DNA of 32,000 bases from Ktedonobacterales bacterium. Lineage in GTDB: Bacteria; Chloroflexota; Ktedonobacteria; Ktedonobacterales; JADMIN01. The notes under the pieces were generated by a model, which saw only the letters and a list, made by a program, of their open reading frames with translations, did no database searches and had not been told where the DNA came from. Shown in pieces: positions 7,863 through 15,801 of this stretch. The first letter of the stretch is position 1. The number at the start of each line of letters is the position of its first letter. The stretch is taken from the NCBI GenBank assembly GCA_030167145.1, contig CP126532.1, positions 2,160,001 to 2,192,000 on the forward strand. Reading direction: 5' to 3'. Both the position numbers and the translations under genes were made by a program.

Positions 7863-9656
7863 ATGCTGAAACATCGGAAAACGCGGATCACAACCGCACT
7901 CGCGCTGCTGGCCGTTCTGCTGGTGAGCGCGATGGGCGTGACAGTTTTTGCGCATAACAGCGCATCCACCGCGACGCCGCAGGGGGCGGTTTCGGTGAAG
8001 GCTGCCGCGCGTGGGGTGCAGGTGGTGAGCCACCATCTTGTGGACATGAGCAAGGCGCCAGCGGCAACGAAGGCACAACTGGCGCAGGCTTCGCGCACGC
8101 TGCCAGCGATGTATCGCCAGGGCACGAAGGCGCATGAGCAGGCGCAGCACAGCAATCGCGGCCAGAATGCGCCGCACAATGCTGGCATGACGCCGATTAC
8201 GACGGCGAGCAAGTCCATTGACCTGCCCAGCACCTTCAACAAGTGGAATGGGCAGCAGGATTCGGCGGCGACCTGCCCGCCGGGCGGCTGCCAGCCGCCA
8301 GACATGGCGCTGGCCGCATCGCCGGCCGGACTCGTGATGCAGGGCGTGAACACGTCGTTCGCGGTCTATAACCTGACGGGAACGGTGCAGACAGGCTGGC
8401 CGAAGACGGCGCAGACCTTCTTCGGTATTCCGAATCCTGGCGCGTGCGATCCGAATGGCGCGTTCGTGAGCGACCCACGCCTGTGGTGGGATAGCTACGA
8501 CAACCGCTGGGTCGCGGCAATCTTGCAGGTCGAAGGCGCATGGGGCATCTCCTGCCCGTTCCAGACCACCTATTGGGTGGCGGCGAGCATGAGTCCGAAT
8601 CCCAGCGGTACGTGGAACGTGTTCGCGATCAACATGGCCTTCGGCTCGGATTCGACGGGCGCCGCTGACTTCACGCAGATCGGCGTGAACGGCGATGGCA
8701 TCTACGTTTCGGCGAATGTCTTCAACAACGCTGGCTCTGCGTATGATTACGCTGAAATCGTTGGCTGTGGCAAGACGAAGATTTACCAGGGCTATGCGCC
8801 AACCTGCAACGCCTGGTACAACCTTACGGCGGGCGGCGCGCTGCTGGACACGGTGCAGCCTTCGGGAAATACCTCGACGGACTTCGGCCCGCGCACGGAG
8901 TATTTCGTTAGCTCATTCAGTGGTCCGGACGCCAATGGCCACGATTGCTTCAGCACGGCCTGCAACGGCGTGGCGGTGTTCTCGTGGAGCGATCCAGCCA
9001 ACACGACCGGTTCGGGCAACAAGTTTAGCGGCGTGTGGATTCCGACGGCGCACAACTACATCGCGCCGCCAGGGGCTGACCAGCCAAGCTGCACGGCTGG
9101 CGGCGGCTGTGTGGATGGCGGCGATCTGCGCGTGAGCGCGACGGCGGTTTACCACGCGGGCCATGTGTTCGCGGCGCACGTGACGGGCATCACCAATGGC
9201 GCGAGCCAGTTCGTGCCCGGCATTCAGTGGTGGGACATCGTGCCAACGCTGAATCCGGGCTATCCCACGACGATGACTGGCGCGAGCCTGGCGCAAGATG
9301 GGCTGCTGAATGCCAACTCGAACTACACGGCGCTGACGTATCCGGCGATGATGGTGACGGCTGACAATGACATCATCATGGGCTATGACTACATGGGTGA
9401 CACGATCTATCCGAGCATCAACTTCACGAGCCGCCGCCAGAGCGACCCGGCGAGTGTGATGACGGGTGGACTGGGGATCATCGCGGTGTCGGGGACGGTG
9501 AGCACGAGCAACACCCGGTGGGGTGACTACGAGGCGATGAGCTACACCGCCCCGTATCAGGACTTCATCTGGTTCTCGGCGCAGTATGCGAATCCGTCTG
9601 CTGGCGGTGACTGGATCACCTCGGTGATGCGGTTGCGCCTGAATATCAACAGCTAA
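7863..9656 (+). CDS. Secreted protein of unrecognised family (possible beta-propeller/sialidase-like fold), paralog A
   Basis: 597 aa; GAGGA lies 11 nt upstream of the ATG. Signal peptide 'MLKHRKTRITTALALLAVLLVSAMGVTVFA'. Contains 'CPPGGCQPPDMA' and 'DPRLWWDSYDNRWVAA'. The C-terminal 'NTRWGDYEAMSY..WFSAQYAN' is reminiscent of RWGDY-type propeller blades; this fold guess is weak. Confidence 0.85.
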   Translation: MLKHRKTRITTALALLAVLLVSAMGVTVFAHNSASTATPQGAVSVKAAARGVQVVSHHLVDMSKAPAATKAQLAQASRTLPAMYRQGTKAHEQAQHSNRGQNAPHNAGMTPITTASKSIDLPSTFNKWNGQQDSAATCPPGGCQPPDMALAASPAGLVMQGVNTSFAVYNLTGTVQTGWPKTAQTFFGIPNPGACDPNGAFVSDPRLWWDSYDNRWVAAILQVEGAWGISCPFQTTYWVAASMSPNPSGTWNVFAINMAFGSDSTGAADFTQIGVNGDGIYVSANVFNNAGSAYDYAEIVGCGKTKIYQGYAPTCNAWYNLTAGGALLDTVQPSGNTSTDFGPRTEYFVSSFSGPDANGHDCFSTACNGVAVFSWSDPANTTGSGNKFSGVWIPTAHNYIAPPGADQPSCTAGGGCVDGGDLRVSATAVYHAGHVFAAHVTGITNGASQFVPGIQWWDIVPTLNPGYPTTMTGASLAQDGLLNANSNYTALTYPAMMVTADNDIIMGYDYMGDTIYPSINFTSRRQSDPASVMTGGLGIIAVSGTVSTSNTRWGDYEAMSYTAPYQDFIWFSAQYANPSAGGDWITSVMRLRLNINS

Positions 9657-9703
9657 AGCGTTCGCACGGACGCAGATGAGATGCGTCTGTAGACGTTGCA
9701 CAG

Positions 9704-9740
9704 CGCCCCTTCGCCCGCTGGCGAGGGGGCGTTTGTCTTT
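9704..9740 (+). terminator. Rho-independent terminator of the 7863..9656 gene
   Basis: 12-bp stem cgccccttcgcc/ggcgagggggcg (one G-U pair), loop cgct, followed by tttgtcttt. Confidence 0.8.
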
Positions 9741-9836
9741 ATCAGGTGTACACTGGCACGTCTCCAGGTTGAAGGGTTGCACTGTGATATAGCTCACAAT
9801 ACTTGCGCAAAGTCACCGGCATCACGTACCAAACGC

Positions 9837-9865
9837 TTGACAGTTTTTATGCGCTCGGATATAGT
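9837..9865 (+). promoter_or_regulatory. Near-consensus sigma70-type promoter (TTGACA-17 nt-TATAGT)
   Basis: TTGACA at 9837-9842, a 17-nt spacer, TATAGT at 9860-9865. It lies about 630 nt upstream of the CDS at 10493. Confidence 0.55.
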
Positions 9866-10492
9866 CACTTGTGCTGGTATCTGATGAGTGCCCACATGGG
9901 CATATTGGACCAGAATTAGGTATCCCCCCGAAAAATGAAGCGTGTGGTGTGGACTTGTAGTGGTTGGTGGCAGAGGAGCCGGATACTACGTGAGACGTAG
10001 AGATCGCCTTGGCTCACGCAGGTGGTTGATCTGATTGCTTGGGCAGGCCCGTATCCGTGTGGTGGTTGTTTTCAGTTGTGTCTTTTCGCGGGTCGCGCTG
10101 GTGTGACTACATCGTTTCTGGTAGCTATGCGCGATCTGTGCGAACGCTTTTCGTAGACCTTCGCAGATGTGAGCGCGATTCCTTTTCTCGGAGTGTTGTG
10201 GGGGTTGCCATTTTCCCGCTGCGCTTCGTGTGGTGATACATGGGGGGAGTGAGCATCGCGAGCGGACTCGATGGCTTTGGTCCCTGTTGGACTGGAGCGA
10301 CTGATGGTTTCTCAACGTGGCGCTCATCCCAATGAAAGGAGAGGCACAGCAGATTCTCGCGAAGACTTCTGGGTATGTGGTGGAGACCTTCCGCCGATAG
10401 CGCGGTCCCGCGCGCTGGTCTGATGATGAAGCACCGGAACGTGATGGGACAGCATACCCCGGCGGGAAGGCAATTTGGAGGATTATTCGACG

Positions 10493-12304
10493 ATGTTGAA
10501 ACATCGCAAAGCACGTCTTGTCGCGTCGTTTGCGCTGCTGGTTGGTCTGATGATCAGCGCGGTAGGCGCCACGGCGTTCGCGCGCACGAACGCATCCACA
10601 GCCACATCGCAAGTCAAAGTTTCAGCGACGAGGGCCAAGTCGGTCCAGGTGTTGTATCAGCACACCGTGGACATGAGCAAGGTGCCCGCCGCGACGGCAA
10701 GCCAACTGGCTACGCCGGTCCGCGCGATGCCGCTGCTGACGCCAGCAGGCTCGAAGGCCTATCAATCCTGGCAGCACAGCAATCGCAGCCAGAACGCGCC
10801 GCACAACGCGGGTTACACACCCATTACGACGGCGAGCAAGTCGGCGAATCTGCCCAGCACGTTCAATAAGTTCAACGGGCAGAAGGACTCGGCGGCCACA
10901 TGTCCGTACTTCGGTGGTTGTCAGCCGCCGGATATGGCCATTGCGGGATCGCCGGCTGGCCTGGTGATGCAGAGCGTGAACACCTCGCTGGCGGTCTACA
11001 ACCTCGCTGGCACGGTGCAGTCTGGCTGGCCAAAGACGGCGCAAGCCTTCTTCGGCGTAGCGAATCCGGGCGCCTGCGATACCAATGGCCCATTCCTGAG
11101 CGACCCACGCCTGTGGTGGGATGCCTATGACAACCGCTTCGTGGCTGCTGAGCTTCAGGTTGAAGGCGCATTCGGTCTCAATGCTTGCCCATTCTCAACG
11201 CTGTATTGGATCGCCGTCAGCATGAGCCCCAATCCAAGTGGCTCGTGGAGCGTCTTCGCGATCAACATGGCCATCGGTTCCGATCCGACCGGCGCCGCTG
11301 ACTACACGCAGCTTGGCGTCAGCCCGGACGGCATCTACGTTTCGGCCAACATGTTCAACCAGGCTGGTTCGGCGTATGACTATGCCGAGACCATCGGCTG
11401 CGGCCCGAAGACTTCGCCTGCTGGCGGCATTTATCAGGGCTTCAAGCCCGGCCAGGCAGCCGTCAAGTGCCAGGGCTACTATAATTGGACGGCAGGCAGT
11501 GTGGTGCTGGACACCCTCAATCCTACGGGAACTGTCGGCAGTGACAATAGCCCCCGCGCTGAGTACTTCGTCGGTTCCTTCAATAGCCCTGATGCGGCTG
11601 GCCACGACTGCGTCACCACCGCCTGCAACGGCGTCGTGGTACTCTCCATGAGTAATCCTGCTGGCGCCTTCCCGTGGGGCGGTGCCGTCATTGCCACTGC
11701 GCACAACTATCTGGAGCCGCCCGGCGCTGACCAGCCGAGTTGCACAGGTGGCGCTGGCTGTGTGGAGTCGCTGGACCTGCGCGTGAGCGCGACGCCGGTG
11801 TACCATGCGGGCCATATCTTCGCGGCGCACGTGACGGGCATCACCAATGGCGCGAGCCAGTTCGTGCCGGGCGTGCAGTGGTGGGATCTCGTGCCAACGT
11901 TGTCGGCAGGCTATCCGGCGGTTCTCACAGGCCTGAGCCTGGCGCAGGATGGGCTGCTGAACGCCAGTTCGAACTTCACCGCACTGACCTTCCCGGTGAT
12001 GATGCCGACGATTGATAACGATGTCATCCTGGGCTACGACTACATGGGCGATGTCAACTTCCCGAGCATCAACTTCACGGATCGCCGCCAGGGCGATCCG
12101 CCGAGCACGATGAACGGATTGGGCATCATCGCGGTAGCGAGCACGGTGAGCACGAACAACGGCCGGTGGGGTGACTACGAGGCGATGAGCTACACTGCCT
12201 CGTATCAGGACACCATCTGGTTCTCGTCGCAGTATGCGAACGCCGCTGCGGGTGGCGACTGGATCACTTCGATCATGCGCCTCTCGTGCGGGCTGACCTG
12301 CTAA
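10493..12304 (+). CDS. Secreted protein of unrecognised family (possible beta-propeller/sialidase-like fold), paralog B
   Basis: ORF 10475..12304 trimmed to ATG 10493, with GGAGGA 10 nt upstream. The start context cgacgATGttgaaacatcg matches paralog A. Signal peptide 'MLKHRKARLVASFALLVGLMISAVGATAFA'. Collinear with 7863..9656 over the full length. Confidence 0.85.
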   Translation: MLKHRKARLVASFALLVGLMISAVGATAFARTNASTATSQVKVSATRAKSVQVLYQHTVDMSKVPAATASQLATPVRAMPLLTPAGSKAYQSWQHSNRSQNAPHNAGYTPITTASKSANLPSTFNKFNGQKDSAATCPYFGGCQPPDMAIAGSPAGLVMQSVNTSLAVYNLAGTVQSGWPKTAQAFFGVANPGACDTNGPFLSDPRLWWDAYDNRFVAAELQVEGAFGLNACPFSTLYWIAVSMSPNPSGSWSVFAINMAIGSDPTGAADYTQLGVSPDGIYVSANMFNQAGSAYDYAETIGCGPKTSPAGGIYQGFKPGQAAVKCQGYYNWTAGSVVLDTLNPTGTVGSDNSPRAEYFVGSFNSPDAAGHDCVTTACNGVVVLSMSNPAGAFPWGGAVIATAHNYLEPPGADQPSCTGGAGCVESLDLRVSATPVYHAGHIFAAHVTGITNGASQFVPGVQWWDLVPTLSAGYPAVLTGLSLAQDGLLNASSNFTALTFPVMMPTIDNDVILGYDYMGDVNFPSINFTDRRQGDPPSTMNGLGIIAVASTVSTNNGRWGDYEAMSYTASYQDTIWFSSQYANAAAGGDWITSIMRLSCGLTC

Positions 12305-12315
12305 GTCGTTTGATA

Positions 12316-12350
12316 GCGCTTCGCGCAGGGTCTCGACTCTTGCGAAGCGC
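12316..12350 (+). terminator. Stem-loop just after the 10493..12304 stop (no U-tract)
   Basis: gcgcttcgc ... gcgaagcgc is a perfect 9-bp stem with a 17-nt loop. No T-run follows, so terminator function is uncertain. Confidence 0.3.
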
Positions 12351-12430
12351 ACCTAGCGCGGCGCGGGCTGGTAGGGCATCAGTTCGGGAGCAGATCCCGG
12401 CGGAAACGCTAGCTGGCCTAGCCGCTTCAG

Positions 12431-12470
12431 GCACACTCTCCGTCACGCGCGGGGAGTGTGCTATTTTGTG
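12431..12470 (+). terminator. Intrinsic-terminator-like hairpin with U-tract, 21 nt upstream of the polB start (alternatively an operator over an extended -10)
   Basis: 11-bp stem gcacactctcc/ggggagtgtgc (one G-U pair), 9-nt loop, then tattttgtg. The right arm plus tail also reads TGcTATTTT, an extended -10 form. Confidence 0.5.
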
Positions 12471-12491
12471 CGCGAAGGGAGAAGGTCGCGC

Positions 12492-15023
12492 ATGAGCATC
12501 AAACCAGACGGCGCGGAGTCGGCGCGAAGCCGTGAGGATGAATGGCTCTGGGGGTGGGACGCGACCCCGGGCATCGTCTCGGTGTGGGCGGAGCGCACCG
12601 GGAGGGCGGTGCTGTGGCGGCGGGAGCCGGGGAGTCTGCGGCTGCTGCGCGAGGACGCGCGGTTTCGTCCGTGGCTGCTGCTGGCGCGGCTGGATGATCT
12701 GGCGCATCTGGGCGAGCGATTGGCGCGCGAGGATGATGAGAGCGTGGCGAACGGGACAGCGGCGGGGCGGGTGACGTATCGCGAGCTGCGGGGGCCGGGG
12801 CATCTGCGCTATCTGGTGAGCGCGGGCGATGAGCGTGCGCTGGAAACGGCGTTGCTGGCGGGGGCGTCGGCACGGCTGGGTCGGCGGGTGGCGCGGCTGG
12901 GCGAGCTGGGCGAAGACGATCTCTTGCGGCTGCCGCCGGAAGAGCAGTATCTGGTGGCGACGGGGCGTACCTATTTCCGCGAGCTGGCATTCGACGATCC
13001 GCACCGGCTGCAATTCGACCTGGAGACGACAGGGCTGAATCCTGCCCACGACCGCATCTTTCTGGTGTCGGTGCGAGATAATCGCGGGCGGGAAGTGGTG
13101 CTAGAGAGCAATGAGCGCGGGCTGGGCATGGTGGCGGCGGAGGCAGATCTGATCCGGCGGCTGGCGGCGCTGATTCGGGAGATTGACCCGGATGTGATCG
13201 AGAATCACAATCTGCACGGCTTCGATCTGCCGTTTCTGGCGCGGCGGGCGCAGGCGGTGGGCGTCTCGCTGATTTTGGGGCGGGCGGGCGCGCCGGGGCT
13301 ACGCCAGCGTCCGGCATCGCGCGGGTATGGCGCGCTGCGGATCGAGGCTGGTGAGGGGCCAGCGGCAGAGGAGAACGGCGATGAAGCGGCGGGGAACGGC
13401 GCGGGCAACGGCAATGGCGGCGAGCGGGATACGAGCGACGCGGCGCGGGGCGGGCGCTATACCATCCCTGGGCGCGAGTGCATTGATACGCTGGATGCGG
13501 TGCGCCGCTATGATTTCGCGGCGCGCGATCTGCCGGGGCATGGCCTGAAGGCGGTGGCGCGGCATTTCGGGCTGGCGGCGGCGGATCGGGTGTATCTGGA
13601 AGGGGCGCGCATCTACCGGACGTGGCGCGACGACCCGGAGACGGTGCGCCACTACGCGCTGGACGATGTGCGCGAGGTGGACGGGCTAGCGCGGCTGCTG
13701 GGTGGCGCGGCGTTCGCGCTGGCGCGAATGGCGCCGCGGCGCTATGAACGGCTGGCCGACGCGGGACCAGCGACGGGGATTCTCGATCCGCTGCTGGTGC
13801 GGGCGTATCTGCGGGCGGGCGAGGCGATTCCGGCGCGGGCGACCGGCGATGGCACGCAGCATACGGGAGCGGCGCTCTATGTCTTCGCGACGGGGGTGGC
13901 GCGGCAGGTGGTGAAGGCGGATGTGTCGAGCCTGTATCCATCGCTGATGCGGCAGTATCGCATCGGGCCGCGCGGCGATCACTTGGGCGCGCTGCTGGCG
14001 CTGGTGGACCGTCTGGTGGAGCAGCGACTGGCGGCGAAGGCGCGGGCGCGGCTCGCGCCGCCTGGCTCGCCGGAGCGGCATACTGATGAGGCGCTCTCGG
14101 CGGCGATGAAGATTCTGGTCAACTCGGCCTATGGGTATATGGGCGCGGTGGGGCTGACGCGGCTGGCGGATGTGGCGGCGGCGAACGAGGTGACACGGCG
14201 CGGACGGGCGCTGCTCGGCCTGCTGTGCCGCGAGTTGGCGCAGCGCGGCGCAACGCTGCTGGAAGCCGATACCGACGGCGTGTATTTCGCGACGCCAGAA
14301 AGCTGGAACGAAGCGGAGGAGCGGCGGCTGGTGGCGGAGGTGGGCGCACTGCTGCCGCCGCTGGTGCGGCTGGAGTTCGAGGGGCGCTACGCGGCGATGC
14401 TCTCGCATGAAACCAAGAATTATGCGCTGCTCGGCTATGATGGCGCGCTGCTGCTGCGCGGGGTGGCGTTTCGCTCGATACGCGCTGAGCCATATGGCGA
14501 GACGTTTCTGCGGCAAGCGACGGCATGCCTGCTGGCGGGGGATGTGTCGGGGGTGGGCGCGGCCTTCGCCGAGATGGTGCGGGCGCTGCGTACACGCACG
14601 CTGCCGACGCGCGAGGTGACGGCGCTGGTGCGATTGACGAAGACGCCGGGGCGGTATCTGGCGAGCCGCGCGGCGCGGCGCGAGGTGGCCTACGAGGCGC
14701 TGCTGAGCGCGGGGCGGAGAGAGTGGAAGGCGGGGGAGCGCGTGCGGGTCTATCGCGCGACGGGGGGACGCCCGGCGCTGCTGGCGGAGACGCCTGATGG
14801 CGAGCCGCTGGCCGATCCGCGCAATTACGATGTGGCGCACTATGTGCGGCTGCTGCGCGAGACGTTCGCGGCGCGGCTGGCGCGGGCCTTCACGGCGGAT
14901 GATTTCGCGACGCTCTTCGGCGACCCGGAGCAGCCGTCGCTCTTCGCGCCGCCGCTGGACGCGATTGCGCCGATACTGACGCCGCAGATGGAGCCGCCTG
15001 CGGCTGATGTGGAGGAAGGTTGA
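12492..15023 (+). CDS. polB: Family B DNA polymerase with 3'-5' exonuclease domain (Pol II-like)
   Basis: ATG 12492 follows GGGAGAAGG. Exo I 'FDLETTGL', Exo II 'ENHNLHGFDLPFL', Exo III 'YALDDV'. Pol motif A 'DVSSLYPSLM', motif B 'KILVNSAYGYMG', motif C 'EADTDGVYF', and KxY 'ETKNYALL'. Confidence 0.9.
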   Translation: MSIKPDGAESARSREDEWLWGWDATPGIVSVWAERTGRAVLWRREPGSLRLLREDARFRPWLLLARLDDLAHLGERLAREDDESVANGTAAGRVTYRELRGPGHLRYLVSAGDERALETALLAGASARLGRRVARLGELGEDDLLRLPPEEQYLVATGRTYFRELAFDDPHRLQFDLETTGLNPAHDRIFLVSVRDNRGREVVLESNERGLGMVAAEADLIRRLAALIREIDPDVIENHNLHGFDLPFLARRAQAVGVSLILGRAGAPGLRQRPASRGYGALRIEAGEGPAAEENGDEAAGNGAGNGNGGERDTSDAARGGRYTIPGRECIDTLDAVRRYDFAARDLPGHGLKAVARHFGLAAADRVYLEGARIYRTWRDDPETVRHYALDDVREVDGLARLLGGAAFALARMAPRRYERLADAGPATGILDPLLVRAYLRAGEAIPARATGDGTQHTGAALYVFATGVARQVVKADVSSLYPSLMRQYRIGPRGDHLGALLALVDRLVEQRLAAKARARLAPPGSPERHTDEALSAAMKILVNSAYGYMGAVGLTRLADVAAANEVTRRGRALLGLLCRELAQRGATLLEADTDGVYFATPESWNEAEERRLVAEVGALLPPLVRLEFEGRYAAMLSHETKNYALLGYDGALLLRGVAFRSIRAEPYGETFLRQATACLLAGDVSGVGAAFAEMVRALRTRTLPTREVTALVRLTKTPGRYLASRAARREVAYEALLSAGRREWKAGERVRVYRATGGRPALLAETPDGEPLADPRNYDVAHYVRLLRETFAARLARAFTADDFATLFGDPEQPSLFAPPLDAIAPILTPQMEPPAADVEEG

Positions 15024-15065
15024 GCGGGCAACGCCGCGCCAGGAATCGTGGAGCGTGTGTACGAT

Positions 15066-15572
15066 CTAGAGCGCCACATGCCCTTCAATGGCGCGGCGCC
15101 CATCTGGCTCGACCGCGTAGAGGCTGATTTCGTGAATCGTTTCCTCGAAGCGCACAGTCAAGGATTGCGCGTCTTGCAGCGCGGCGGAGAATGCAGCAAC
15201 GCTGGCGAGACGTCCAACGGTGAGATGCGGTGTATAGGTAAATTGTGGGAGAAGGTAGGGTGCGAGGATGCCGGTGTAGAGTCGGTCGTGCAGGGCGATG
15301 AGTTCATCGTTGCCGCGCTTGACGTTGAGGAAGAGATATTCGCTCATGTGGCCGGTGACACCCTGGAGATGGACGGGAAAGGGCGGGATGCCAGCTACGG
15401 CGTGGCGCATGTGTTCGAGCAATTCATCGCTGCTCAACGCGCTCGTGAACGGGAAGACGAGCGTGATATGTGGCGGAATGCTATCGGCAAGGGGATCATA
15501 GGCGCGGCGAATCCGCTCGATTTCTTCGGCGCTCGCGAAGGCGGGGAAGGTGGCGATGACGCGCGTGGTCAT
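15066..15572 (-). CDS. 2H phosphoesterase superfamily protein (2'-5' RNA ligase/LigT-like)
   Basis: Two HxT motifs, 'PHITLVFPF' and 'PHLTVGR'. ATG 15572 follows GAGGTGAGG; the longer start at 15611 has no RBS. Confidence 0.8.
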   Translation of the reverse strand: MTTRVIATFPAFASAEEIERIRRAYDPLADSIPPHITLVFPFTSALSSDELLEHMRHAVAGIPPFPVHLQGVTGHMSEYLFLNVKRGNDELIALHDRLYTGILAPYLLPQFTYTPHLTVGRLASVAAFSAALQDAQSLTVRFEETIHEISLYAVEPDGRRAIEGHVAL

Positions 15573-15801
15573 AGATCGAACCTCACCTCTATCTGTAGGG
15601 TTGCGTAGCATTCTGGTAATTGCTCACACTTCCCGCCTGCTACGCATTTTTTCCTTTCCTATCGTATCAGGCGCGTGATACGTTGGCATCGCGGGCGGGG
15701 AATACGGGCGCCTGACTGGCGCCGCTGGCATGGTTGGTGCGTGCGCTCCGCCCGGTGTACACTCGCGCTGACTTCTCGCGGAGAGTTGGGAGGGAGGCGC
15801 G

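Noticed and set aside
9745-9754. The 10-mer GGTGTACACT is shared between 9745-9754 and 15754-15763 (both intergenic; palindromic core GTGTACAC)
   Set aside because: There are only two copies in different contexts. The second may simply be a TACACT -10 element (TTGGTG-18-TACACT) for the oxygenase gene. This is too little to propose a regulator site.
9881-9902. CUGAUGAG followed by a hairpin (TGCCCA-CA-TGGGCA) in leader B, resembling the hammerhead ribozyme core plus stem II
   Set aside because: The hairpin is not followed by the obligatory GAAA/CGAAAC core segment; UAUUGG follows instead. No matching stem I/III or cleavage-site context is evident, so a hammerhead is not supported.
12305-12491. 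LexA/SOS box upstream of polB
   Set aside because: No GAAC-N4-GTTC or CTGT-N8-ACAG type motif is present. Only the unrelated inverted repeat GCACACTC-N15-GAGTGTGC was found, and it is reported separately as a hypothesis.
12499-13941. 480-codon and 384-codon minus-strand ORFs (12499..13941, 13686..14840) opposite polB
   Set aside because: Their Pro/Arg/Ala-rich translations carry no domain signature, while the plus frame carries every family-B polymerase motif.
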